Positions 44,670 through 54,024 of a stretch of DNA of 64,000 nt are shown piece by piece; position 1 is the stretch's first letter; every line of letters starts with the position of its first letter. Position numbers and translations under genes: made by a program. Origin of the DNA: an uncultured Nitrososphaerota archaeon (GTDB lineage: Archaea; Korarchaeota; Korarchaeia; Korarchaeales; Korarchaeaceae). The notes under the pieces were generated by a model that was given only the letters and a program-made list of their open reading frames with translations, was not told the origin of the DNA and did no database searches. Location: positions 82,205 through 146,204 of the forward strand of contig CAZQNA010000006.1 of NCBI GenBank assembly GCA_964594835.1, given 5' to 3'.

Positions 44670-45590
44670 ATGCACAAGGTCATACTCGAGTCCGCGGCGA
44701 TCTTGGCCCTGCTCTCCCTGGTCGTCGCCACCGCCGCCTTCGTTCTGGTGAGCCTCGCCCCCGGGGACCCCCTCTCGACGATGGGGGGAGACGAGCCCCT
44801 CCCGCCCGACCAGGTGGAGAGGCTCAGGGCCCTGTACGGGCTCGACAGGCCCCTGTGGAGGAGGTACCTCGACTTCCTTCTCTCGGCCCCGACCCTGGAC
44901 TACGGCGTCTCCGTGAGGTTTGGCCTCCCGGTGGTGGAGGTGCTCGGGGGGCCGGCCCTGACTACCCTCGCCCTGGTCTCCCTCTCCGTGGCCGTCTCGG
45001 CCGCCTCGGCGTGGGTGCTGTGGAGGCTCGGCGTCGAGGCGAGGGGGGCGATCGGCAGGGTTGTGGAGGGCCTCGCCTTCGCCCCCTCCTACGCGTACGC
45101 GGCCGGGGCAGCGGTGCTCGCATACTGGAAGCTCGGCGTGGTCTCCACGATGCCGGAGCTCACCCCCGGCAAGCTGGCCCTGGTCCTAGTCGTCGCCTCG
45201 CTCTCGGCCACTCCCAGGCTCTACCTCGTCTTCAGGAGGACCGTGGAGGAGGAGGTCCGCGGCAGAGAACACCTGGTTACCTCCCTCAGGGCCCAAGGCC
45301 TCCCCGAGAGCGTCGTCAGGGGGAGGCTCGCGGCCATCTCCGCGCCGAGCCTCGTGACCCAGGTGGCGTCGCAGTTCGCCCTGACCCTGCAGGCCATGGT
45401 CTTCGTTGAGCCTGTGCTCGGGCTCCCAGGGCTGGGGTTCATGCTCATGGAGGCCATCCGCTCCAGCGACGTTCCCCTCCTCGTTGGGGCGTTCACCGCG
45501 GTCGGCCTCGCGTCGGTAACTTCCAACGCCGCGGGTCACCTCGCTGCCGGCCTGCTGGACCCGAGGCTCAGGGGGGAGTGGCATGGCTAG
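44670..45590 (+). CDS. ABC transporter permease (OppB/NikB-like)
   Basis: APGDP, YGLDRPL, RAQG loop, GLPGLG, LDPR. Confidence 0.9.
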   Translation: MHKVILESAAILALLSLVVATAAFVLVSLAPGDPLSTMGGDEPLPPDQVERLRALYGLDRPLWRRYLDFLLSAPTLDYGVSVRFGLPVVEVLGGPALTTLALVSLSVAVSAASAWVLWRLGVEARGAIGRVVEGLAFAPSYAYAAGAAVLAYWKLGVVSTMPELTPGKLALVLVVASLSATPRLYLVFRRTVEEEVRGREHLVTSLRAQGLPESVVRGRLAAISAPSLVTQVASQFALTLQAMVFVEPVLGLPGLGFMLMEAIRSSDVPLLVGAFTAVGLASVTSNAAGHLAAGLLDPRLRGEWHG

Positions 45591-46434
45591 CCCGTCGCCC
45601 CCCGCGCCAGGCCGCCTGAGAGGCTCTCGGCCGGCTGCCGAGAGGGCGGTGCTAGGCCTCAGCCTGCTCCTCGCGCTGGCCGCCTCGTGCTGGGCCGTCT
45701 CGTCCGCGTGGAGCCCTCCCCCCGGGCCCAGGCTCGGCGGCCCGTCCCGGCTCCACCCGCTCGGCACCGACCCGGCCGGGTACGATGCGCTCTGGCTCCT
45801 GCTCAGGGGCGCCGTCGTCAGCTTCTACGTGGCGGGACTTGCGTCCGCCTGCTCGGCGGCTGTTGCGGTGGTCCTGACACTGGCGTCGGCCTCCTCAGAG
45901 CGGGCGTTCAAGCTCGCCGCCTCCCTGACCTCGGCCTTCGCGTCGCTCCCGAGGATCCCCCTGGTGGTCGCGTCGATCCTTATCCTCCCTCCCAGCCCGA
46001 CGTCTGTCGCCCTGGTGTTCGCCCTCCTCTCCTGGCCTCACGTCGCGCAGGCGATCCTGCCGAAGGCGAGACAGGTCTGCAGAGAGGGCTACGTGGAGGC
46101 CGCCAGGGCCTTCGGCGCCGGCTGGGCGTGGGTGGCGTCCAGGTACGTGTTTCCCTCCATCCTCCCGACCTGGATAGCGTCGGCCTCCATCACGGCCGCG
46201 CACGCGATAGTCGCTGAGGCCGGCCTCTCCCTGCTCGGCCTCGGCGACCCCACCTCGCCCAGCTGGGGGAGGGTGGCCTTCAACGCCCTGAACTGTCCCG
46301 GGGCCGTCTACACCCTGCCGGGTCTGATACAGCTTGCCGCCCCCATGGCGCTGATCGTGGCGACCTCCTACCTCCTCTACCTGCTGGGCTCGAGCCTCGC
46401 TCAGGAGCCCGGCGGGTCGCCGTCGACCTGTTGA
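45583..46434 (+). CDS. ABC transporter permease (OppC/NikC-like)
   Basis: HPLGTD, EAA loop YVEAARAFGA, EAGLSLLGLG, PSWG. Confidence 0.9.
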   Translation: MASPSPPAPGRLRGSRPAAERAVLGLSLLLALAASCWAVSSAWSPPPGPRLGGPSRLHPLGTDPAGYDALWLLLRGAVVSFYVAGLASACSAAVAVVLTLASASSERAFKLAASLTSAFASLPRIPLVVASILILPPSPTSVALVFALLSWPHVAQAILPKARQVCREGYVEAARAFGAGWAWVASRYVFPSILPTWIASASITAAHAIVAEAGLSLLGLGDPTSPSWGRVAFNALNCPGAVYTLPGLIQLAAPMALIVATSYLLYLLGSSLAQEPGGSPSTC

Positions 46435-46834
46435 TCGATCGCGTACAGGTTCCCGGTCCGACCGTGGCGCGACCTAGTTTTCTCGCGTCGCAGCCTGAGG
46501 TCGAGAAGGGGGTGATACCGGGTCGGGGAGTATTCTCTGAAGGTTTTATCCCGAATTAGGCTGGCTCGGGAAACATCGGATCGCCACGAGCCTCCCGGCC
46601 CCGTCATTCCCCCAAATTAACCTTCGTTAAATTTTAATTCTGGTCCCCAGTTAGAGTTCTCTGACCGAACCGTCCCGCCCCGACTCGAGCCTTCTTTTGA
46701 CGCGGGGCTCGAATATTAAGTAATTTACTGGAAATAGAGGTCTTTAACTTTAGATTATGGCGCCAAACTTTCATTTTCTTATTGAAAATTAACTTTTTAT
46801 TGTATCTTCGGAACATCTAGTAGAAAATGGGACG

Positions 46835-47929
46835 GTGAGGCGCATGAGGAGGCTGATATCAGCCGCCCTCCTGGTGGTTCTCATCTGCACGATGCTGGGC
46901 CCCGCCCTGGCCTCGGCTGACAGCGAGTCGAGCGGGCAGGGGCAGTTCTCCATCGGCAACGTCGCGCCCTCGATCCAGCAGATAAAGCTCTACCAGTCCG
47001 ACGAGAACACGATCGTTGACGGATCCGGAAACTCCATGACCCCACAGCAGGAGTACGCGCTAAAGATCGTGGCCAGCGACGGCAACGGGTACAGCGACAT
47101 AACCCAGATCACCGTCTACATCTACTACGCTACTGACGTGTCCGCCAGCCCCACCGGCACCTTCGACACCAAGCAGGAGGCCGTATTTACGTGGGACCTG
47201 AGCAACGGCTGGCAGCTCTCCAGCGGCGGCGCGACCACCACTTGGACCGTTGAGACTAACAGCAGGGGGCCGATAGATGTCACCACCATCCAGGGAACTT
47301 GGTGGCTCCACTTCAAGCCAGGAAAGGTGGCCCATGAGGCCGACGGGACCACCGCCTTCTGGATAATCGACGTCAAGGTCCAGGACAGCGGGGGCCTATC
47401 CGACGAGAAGAAGAACAACGAGGAGGAGGGAGGCTCCGTCCTCCAGTACTCCATGCAGTGGTACGGCGAGACCGCCATTGCCTCGGCGGATCTCCCGTTC
47501 GACTTTGGTGCGGTTGACTTGGGGTCCTCCAACAACCCAATAGTGTCCCCCAGTGAGGGGTACATTGACGTCTACGTGGTCGCCAACGGAGACTACAACC
47601 TGAAGATTAAGGCCACCGACTCCACCGGGGCCAACTCCTACTGGGTCGGCCAGAACCACGGGGACCAAGCTACCCTCACCACCGACTCGCCGGGCGACGG
47701 CCAGATAAGGCTCAAGGCCAACACGGAAAACAACCCGAGTTCCGCTACTGCGTTTGCCAGCACGTACGTGGCCCTGCTCACCGGACAGACAGGCCCCACG
47801 GACGACGGGTCCGCGGCCAGCGGAGACGGGGCCGACATCAACGTCTACATGTGGCTCGACGTGGGATCCTCCGGCCTGATCGCGGACACCTACCAGGGTC
47901 TCGTCTGGTTCATGGTCGAGAACGGCTGA
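46835..47929 (+). CDS. Secreted beta-rich surface/fibre subunit (WxL/CS1/TasA-like C-terminus)
   Basis: Signal peptide ending ALA/ASA; Ser/Thr/Gly/Asp-rich; FDFGAV and C-terminal DTYQGLVWF; no TM anchor; 400-bp AT-rich upstream region. Confidence 0.65.
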   Translation: MRRMRRLISAALLVVLICTMLGPALASADSESSGQGQFSIGNVAPSIQQIKLYQSDENTIVDGSGNSMTPQQEYALKIVASDGNGYSDITQITVYIYYATDVSASPTGTFDTKQEAVFTWDLSNGWQLSSGGATTTWTVETNSRGPIDVTTIQGTWWLHFKPGKVAHEADGTTAFWIIDVKVQDSGGLSDEKKNNEEEGGSVLQYSMQWYGETAIASADLPFDFGAVDLGSSNNPIVSPSEGYIDVYVVANGDYNLKIKATDSTGANSYWVGQNHGDQATLTTDSPGDGQIRLKANTENNPSSATAFASTYVALLTGQTGPTDDGSAASGDGADINVYMWLDVGSSGLIADTYQGLVWFMVENG

Positions 47930-47981
47930 GCGGTCCTCAGTGCAACCTTAATTTACTTCGGGGGCCAGGGCGGCTTCGAAA

Positions 47982-49436
47982 ATGGGCAAGCGAACCCCCT
48001 TCCCCCCCACCTTTTTTGTCGGAACCCTGCTCGTCCTCGTGGCGGCGCTGGCCGCTCCCCCCTCCGCGGCCCAGCCGGTCCCCGAGGTGGGCGTGGCCGT
48101 CTCTGGCTCGTTCTACCTCTACAACTACACCCTCTCCGTCGGGCAGGTTTTCTCCGGCCCAGACACCTACATCGTGGTCTTCAACCAGGGCTCCAGGAGC
48201 GTAAACATCAGCCTGAGGGTCTGGTCCGAGCCCGAGAACCCCCTCCTGAGGGTCGAGCTCTCGGCCTGGAACTTCACCCTAGACCCGGGGGAGAGCAGGA
48301 AGGTCTTCATATCCATCGCCGCCGAGCCGGGCGCCCCGCCCGGGACGTACGACGTGCACATCGAGGCCTACGCGAGCGTGAAGATGCCCGAGACCGGTGG
48401 ATCCATGGCCGTGCCGGCCGCCTCGCTCCACTCGTTCGTCGAGATAGTGGGGGAGCACTCCGTGGTTGAGGTGAGCGTCCTGAGCCCGTCGGGCGTCCCC
48501 GTGCCCACGGAGATCAGGCTTGTGTACATCACCGAGAGGGGCAACTTCACGGTCGCGAGGAGCATGAACGGCACCCTTAGGGCAAGGATCGCGCCCGGGC
48601 TCTACAGGGTGGCGGCCTACCTCGCCGGGGAGCTGCTGAACGAGACGTCTCTGGCGGCGGAGCCCGGATCCGTCCACAGGGTCCTCCTCCGGGTGAGCAC
48701 GGTGCACTTCAGCTCGTTCTCGGCCATGCCGGCCTTGGACGAGGGTGGGAGGATAGGCTACGCCTACGTTGTCGGTGTCGTGGACAATCTCCACTCGGAA
48801 CTCGAGGACGTGACCGTGATCCTGAGGGTCTGGTCTCCCGGCGGCGAGGTCGACGAGGTCACCCTGGCCAGGACCCCCGTTCTGACGACGGGGAAGAGCG
48901 AGTTCAAGGCCAACTATGTCCCTGCGGAGGGTTGGGTCCAGGGGACGTACACGTTCCAGATGCTCCTCTACTCGGGCGGGATCCTCTACGCCTACACCCA
49001 AAACGCCTCCCTTGAGGTCACGCCGGGCATGGTTCCCGAGGCGGCAGGGGCGCCGCCCGCCCTCGTGTACCTCGTTCCCGTGGCCGCGGCCGCAGTCGCC
49101 GCCGCGGCGCTGCTCAGGAGGGCGCCCAGGCTCACGGGCGACGCCTGGTACGACCTCGACACCGGGACCCTGCTCGTGAGGCTGAAGAACGGCCTGAAGG
49201 ACCCGGTGCGGGTCAGGAAGATCGTGGCACTGACCCTCGACGGCAGGGAACTCCTGTCGAGCTCCGATCCCCGATCCAGGGAGTACAAGACCTCCAGGGT
49301 GCCGGCCCGCGGGTCGGCCACCTTCGGGCTGAAGGACAGGGAGGGAAGGGTGATAGACGCGATGGCCGAGGGAGGCGTGAAGATCTCGGTTCAGACTGAC
49401 CGGGGCGAGGTTAAGCTCTCCCTCAGGGCCGGCTGA
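47982..49436 (+). CDS. Membrane-anchored multi-Ig protein (DUF916/WxL-interacting or chaperone-like)
   Basis: Signal peptide; VFNQG...FTLDPGESRKV...APPGTY; VDN...GTYTF; TM helix followed by a cytoplasmic domain. Confidence 0.65.
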   Translation: MGKRTPFPPTFFVGTLLVLVAALAAPPSAAQPVPEVGVAVSGSFYLYNYTLSVGQVFSGPDTYIVVFNQGSRSVNISLRVWSEPENPLLRVELSAWNFTLDPGESRKVFISIAAEPGAPPGTYDVHIEAYASVKMPETGGSMAVPAASLHSFVEIVGEHSVVEVSVLSPSGVPVPTEIRLVYITERGNFTVARSMNGTLRARIAPGLYRVAAYLAGELLNETSLAAEPGSVHRVLLRVSTVHFSSFSAMPALDEGGRIGYAYVVGVVDNLHSELEDVTVILRVWSPGGEVDEVTLARTPVLTTGKSEFKANYVPAEGWVQGTYTFQMLLYSGGILYAYTQNASLEVTPGMVPEAAGAPPALVYLVPVAAAAVAAAALLRRAPRLTGDAWYDLDTGTLLVRLKNGLKDPVRVRKIVALTLDGRELLSSSDPRSREYKTSRVPARGSATFGLKDREGRVIDAMAEGGVKISVQTDRGEVKLSLRAG

Positions 49437-49660
49437 GCAGCTTACCCGAAGCTTTTGGGACGGAGAAAGAGGGATCGCACAGAGTCCGAATGAAATGTCG
49501 ATGGCGGCGAGGCCGCGTGCCAAGCGAGGTTGGAGGCTTGTGGCGTTGAGACTGGGGAGAGTTCAAGGAATAGCCCTGGCCGGGGAGCTGGACCGGGTAA
49601 CGTCGGCAGCTAGAGCTAAACTATCTTAACATGACCGCGAGCTGCACCGCTGGATTGGTG

Positions 49661-50239
49661 ATGAACTTCTCGCGGGTGGCGGAGAGGGCGAGGAGCTATC
49701 TCGGCCTCGGCCTGACCGACATCCGGGCGATAAGGGAGCTGAAGTCGCTGATCCTCTCCCGCGAGGACGAGATCATTCAGGGCGTCTTGAGTTCTCTCCT
49801 CTCCGACCAAGAGGCCGTATCAGTAGTTGAGAAGACCGGATTGTCCGCAGAGAGGGCGGTGGATCTGTTCAGATCCGTGATACGCCTCACGCTCGCCGGA
49901 GACTTCGACGGCGAGCACGCGAGGCGGGTCTTCATCGTCGGCGCCGCCCACCTCAGGGCGGGGGTGGGGCCCAGGCTCATGATACAGAACGCGGGGGCCT
50001 TCACGCGCGAGATCGTGAAGGTCCTGCAGGAGGCTGGCAGGCACGAGGCCGTCGTCCCGGCGGTAAAGGCCGTCTACTGGACCCTCACGATCATCATGGA
50101 GAGCTACCTGGAGGCCGAGCGCAGGAGCCTCAGGGAGGCCTCCGGTCTCAAGCCGGAGCTTGTGGAGAGGCTCAAGCGGGTGAAGGCAAGAGAGATCTAC
50201 GAGGAGTTCAGGACCGAGGGCGGGACGGAGCCAGCCTGA
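49661..50239 (+). CDS. Protoglobin / globin-sensor-domain protein
   Basis: YLGLGLTDI N-terminus and VGAAHLRAGV (proximal His) pattern. Confidence 0.75.
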   Translation: MNFSRVAERARSYLGLGLTDIRAIRELKSLILSREDEIIQGVLSSLLSDQEAVSVVEKTGLSAERAVDLFRSVIRLTLAGDFDGEHARRVFIVGAAHLRAGVGPRLMIQNAGAFTREIVKVLQEAGRHEAVVPAVKAVYWTLTIIMESYLEAERRSLREASGLKPELVERLKRVKAREIYEEFRTEGGTEPA

Positions 50240-50286
50240 GGTGTCCGCGGAGTTATAATGGGCGGCGGGGTGATTCACCGAGCCGT

Positions 50287-51228
50287 ATGGAGTACGTGAG
50301 GGACCTCGCCTGGAGGCCGGGAATGACCGTGAGGGAGCTGGTGGAGAGTTTCGCCACCACGGGATTTCAGAGTACGGAGCTCTACAAGGCCGCCCAGATA
50401 GTCGTGAAGATGAAGAGGGAGGGCGCGAAGGTCATCCTCACCTTCACCTCCAACATGGGGACCTCGGGGCTGAGGGGCCTCTTCGCCCAGCTGATCAGGG
50501 TGGGCCTGGTTGACGTTGTGATAACCACGGTAGGGGCGATAGAGGAGGATGTAATGAAGGCCCTGGGCGAGAGGTTCTACATCCACCGGTTCCAGGCCGA
50601 CGACGTGGAGCTCCACGAGAGGGGCATGAACAGGGTCGGCAACCTGCTGATCAGCAACGACAGCTACGCCAGGTTCGAGGCGTTTGCCACCCGGGTCCTG
50701 GAGGAGATCTACCGTGAGAAGAAGAGACTCACTGTGTCGGAGCTCCTCCGCGAGATAGGCCTGAGGCTGGAGGACGAGAACTCCTTCCTCTACCAGGCGG
50801 CCAGGAGGGACGTCCCGGTGTTCTGCCCCGCCATAACCGATGGCTCCTTCGGGTTCCACCTCTTCATGGCCAGGGAGAGGCACCCCGACTTCGATGTGGA
50901 CGTGGTGGGGGACTTCGGGAGGATGATCCTCTACCTGAACCAAGAGGACAGGAAGGGCGTCATAGCCCTGGGCGGGGGGGTGTCGAAGCACCACGCGATT
51001 CTCATGACCCTCCTGAGCGGCGGCGCCGACTACGCGGTCTACATCACGACCTCCACTCAGTTCTCGGGGAGCATGAGCGGCGCCACGACGTCTGAGGCCA
51101 AGAGCTGGGGGAAGATCAAGGACGACTCCGACTCCGTCACCGTGATAGGCGACGCGACGATACTCTTCCCGCTCGTCGCGGCGTACGCCCTCGAGGTCCT
51201 GAGGGAGGAGGGGCTGATAGAGACATAG
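50287..51228 (+). CDS. Deoxyhypusine synthase-family protein (possible homospermidine synthase)
   Basis: FTSNMGTSGLRG, NRVGN, CPAITDGS, GGGVSKH, SGA...EAKSWGK. Confidence 0.92.
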   Translation: MEYVRDLAWRPGMTVRELVESFATTGFQSTELYKAAQIVVKMKREGAKVILTFTSNMGTSGLRGLFAQLIRVGLVDVVITTVGAIEEDVMKALGERFYIHRFQADDVELHERGMNRVGNLLISNDSYARFEAFATRVLEEIYREKKRLTVSELLREIGLRLEDENSFLYQAARRDVPVFCPAITDGSFGFHLFMARERHPDFDVDVVGDFGRMILYLNQEDRKGVIALGGGVSKHHAILMTLLSGGADYAVYITTSTQFSGSMSGATTSEAKSWGKIKDDSDSVTVIGDATILFPLVAAYALEVLREEGLIET

Positions 51229-51261
51229 TCTAGTGAGGGAGAGAGGGAGAGGGTCGGGAGG

Positions 51262-52317
51262 ATGGCCAGGTTCATCCTGAGCAGGAGGATGGCGCTGAGG
51301 CAGTACGAGACGGTGAAGAGGTACGCAGACGTCGTGGCCTACAGCTACAAGACCAACCCGGCGGTCTGGGAGGTCCTCAGGGAGACCGACGCGATGGTGG
51401 GCCTGAGCTCGATGGGCTCGGCGAGGAGGGTTCAGGAGCTGGACAGGGCGGTCTACTACCTCCAGGGGGAGTCCGAGGAGGAGGTCAGGTGGCTCCTCGA
51501 CTCGGGCGTGAGGTGGCTCCTTGTGGACAACGAGCCTGAGCTCCGGGCGCTCCTCGACACCCTAGGCAGGCTCGAGCGCTCGGTCAACCTGCTCGTCAGG
51601 ATGAAGATGAGGGAGCACACGGTCTACACGGGGAAGCACTTCGTCTACGGAATCGACTGGAAGAGGGTGAACGAGCTGATCCCGGAGCTGCGCGAGAGCC
51701 CGCACGTCGAGTCCCTGGGGGTCCACTTCCACAGGAAGACCCAGAACGTGGGGGAGTGGAGCCTCGTCGAGGACCTCTCCGACGCCCTGAGCGAACGGGC
51801 CCTGGAGGAGCTGGATGTGGTGAACATAGGCGGCGGCATCCCCGTGAGGTACGCCAACTCCAGGCCGAACGTTGAGCTGGTCCTCTCCAAGGTGGGGGAA
51901 CTCAGGGACTTCCTCCGCGCCAGGGGGGTGGGGCTGATGGCCGAGCCCGGGAGGTTCATAGCGGCTCCGACGGTGGCGCTGGAGGCCACGGTCCTGAACG
52001 TCTACTCCGGCACGGCGGTGCTGGACTGCTCCATCTTCAACGCCTACATGGACACCTACCTCCTGAACACCAGGCTGCCGGTGCTGGGCGAGAGGGAGGA
52101 CCGCTCGGGCCACAGGTACCTCCTTAAGGGGAGGTCGCCGGACTCGTTGGACATCTTCCGCTACTCCGTCTACCTGGACAGGGAGCTGAGGCCGGGCGAC
52201 AAGGTGGTCTTCCTCAACGCCGGTGCGTACAACTTCCACGCCGACTTCAACGACTTGCCGAGGCTCGAGACCGAGGTCGTGGAGGACTTCCCCTTCCCCG
52301 TCCCCGAGTGGCTGTGA
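51262..52317 (+). CDS. PLP-dependent Orn/Lys/Arg decarboxylase family 2 (alanine-racemase fold)
   Basis: YSYKTN (PLP Lys), HFH, NIGGG, AEPGR, GRSPDSLD, AGAY. Confidence 0.88.
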   Translation: MARFILSRRMALRQYETVKRYADVVAYSYKTNPAVWEVLRETDAMVGLSSMGSARRVQELDRAVYYLQGESEEEVRWLLDSGVRWLLVDNEPELRALLDTLGRLERSVNLLVRMKMREHTVYTGKHFVYGIDWKRVNELIPELRESPHVESLGVHFHRKTQNVGEWSLVEDLSDALSERALEELDVVNIGGGIPVRYANSRPNVELVLSKVGELRDFLRARGVGLMAEPGRFIAAPTVALEATVLNVYSGTAVLDCSIFNAYMDTYLLNTRLPVLGEREDRSGHRYLLKGRSPDSLDIFRYSVYLDRELRPGDKVVFLNAGAYNFHADFNDLPRLETEVVEDFPFPVPEWL

Positions 52318-52324
52318 GATCTCC

Positions 52325-53005
52325 TCACGCCAGGTCCTCGAGGTCCACTGGCCCCAGCCCCTCCACATTCAGCACAGGCCTGCCCCTCGGCAGGACGACC
52401 AGCAGGGCCGTGGAGTATCCGTCCGACGCCACGCCGAGCTCCATCGGCGGGTAGGACCCCAGCCTAACAACGGGAGAGATTCCCGTGGGAGGGGCGAGCC
52501 TCACGAGCCAGGAGTCAGGGTCGCAGTCGGTTATTCTCTTCGCCCTCACCCTCCACCTCCCGACCTCAGCCTCCCGCCAGCTCGACTCACCCTCCAACGC
52601 GTCCAGGAGGTCCACGCCTATCGGAGGCTCCCCAACCGGCCCGAGGGTCTCCCTCGGCCTGACCTGGAGGCTTTTCCCCTCCAGCTCCAGCCCGACGGCG
52701 AGTCCGGGCGCCCCGCACGCGACCGCTGGCGGTGGGCCGACCCAGCCCTCGCCGTGGTCTAACAGCTCGGCCGAGGTCGAGGTCCACGACTCAAGGCTCG
52801 CGCCGCCCGGCTCAGACACCCTGAGCCTGAGGTATCCCCCAACGCCCTCCCTGAACGAGATCCTGATCAGGAGGACGTCGACCTCCCCCAACAGCACGGG
52901 GAGGACCAGGAGCCTCGACCTCTCACCCCAGGCCTCGATCCAGCACGCCGCGCAGGCGAGGTCGTTCAGCGCGGTGCCGGTCAGGTTGTAGAGCTGGAGG
53001 GCCAT
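52325..53005 (-). CDS. Hypothetical protein
   Basis: Likely ATG 53005 (MALQLYNL). The longer ORF-track frame overlaps the divergent gene. Confidence 0.55.
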   Translation of the reverse strand: MALQLYNLTGTALNDLACAACWIEAWGERSRLLVLPVLLGEVDVLLIRISFREGVGGYLRLRVSEPGGASLESWTSTSAELLDHGEGWVGPPPAVACGAPGLAVGLELEGKSLQVRPRETLGPVGEPPIGVDLLDALEGESSWREAEVGRWRVRAKRITDCDPDSWLVRLAPPTGISPVVRLGSYPPMELGVASDGYSTALLVVLPRGRPVLNVEGLGPVDLEDLA

Positions 53006-53020
53006 CGGGGGCAGGCCCCA

Positions 53021-53956
53021 GTGAATGAAATAACGGTGCCAGCCTCGGGGGCTGAGGTGCCCGTCGTCGCCAGGTTCGCCGGGGTCGAGCTGTGGGTGCC
53101 AGAGGGGGTCAGGTTCAGCGTCTTCAACAGTCCCTACCCTGCCCACGCCGGGTGCGGCGCCCTCGACGTCTACTTCGACGGGGAAGCCCTGATGCCAGCC
53201 GAGGAGGGCGTTGTGAGGGAGGTGAGGTGGTTCCGCGGCCCCAGGCCGCGATCCCACGGCCCAGGGTGCCAGAGGGAGGAGCCGGTGATTCTGATCGACC
53301 TGCCCGGCGGGCTGGTCCTCAAGGTCATGCACGTCGAGCCCTCCGTGTCGCCGGGCGAGAGACTGACCACGCTCGATCCAATGGGGAGGGTGGTGCGGTC
53401 CTGCTACCTCTGCCCCTGGTCCGACGCCCACGCCCACTTCGAGCTCAAGCTCGGCATGCCCTACAGGGCGTCGGGCTGGGCGACCCTCGACCTCTCCCCC
53501 GCCCTGACCTGGCTGGGCGACCCTTCCGAGCCCTCGGAGGAGTTCACAGTCGACGAGGTCAGGGACGAGTACGTCTGGCTCCTCCCGAGGAGGCCCGGAT
53601 CGGCCGGGCTAGTCACGCTGGTCGGCGGAGTTCGGGCCCACGTCGACGGCGGCCTCCCCCACTACGGGCACGGGGCGGCCCTCGTCAATCCACGCTCTCT
53701 GGAGCTGAGCGGCGGGGGCGAGGGTGAGGGCGTGACCTGGGCGGACGGAACGCCTCTGGGAGAGCCCACGGCGAACCTGGGGTTCGGGGTGACCTTCCGT
53801 CCCGCGGCCAGGCCCGTGGCTGATGGCCTGGAGTGCGTCGGCGTCGGGTCCTACCTGGCCGAGCCCAGGCTCAAGCTGATCGTGAGGAGGGGGGAGCACC
53901 CCTGGTCTGAGGGAGACGTCCTGAGGCTCAGGTTCGCGCCGCTCGACCCGCGGTGA
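53021..53956 (+). CDS. Conserved archaeal protein with M23/LytM-like metal-binding motifs
   Basis: NSPYPAH...ALD, MHVEPSVSPGE and DAHAHFE. Start uncertain. Confidence 0.6.
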   Translation: MNEITVPASGAEVPVVARFAGVELWVPEGVRFSVFNSPYPAHAGCGALDVYFDGEALMPAEEGVVREVRWFRGPRPRSHGPGCQREEPVILIDLPGGLVLKVMHVEPSVSPGERLTTLDPMGRVVRSCYLCPWSDAHAHFELKLGMPYRASGWATLDLSPALTWLGDPSEPSEEFTVDEVRDEYVWLLPRRPGSAGLVTLVGGVRAHVDGGLPHYGHGAALVNPRSLELSGGGEGEGVTWADGTPLGEPTANLGFGVTFRPAARPVADGLECVGVGSYLAEPRLKLIVRRGEHPWSEGDVLRLRFAPLDPR

Positions 53957-54024
53957 GTTCGCGGCGGTTCTCCGGGGGATCGTCCGCCGAAGAACCGTTA
54001 AATGATCTCGCGGGCCGTAGCGAC

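Noticed and set aside
46634-46816. 60-aa Lys-rich minus-strand ORF
   Set aside because: Lies in an AT-rich promoter region, with atypical codons and no RBS.
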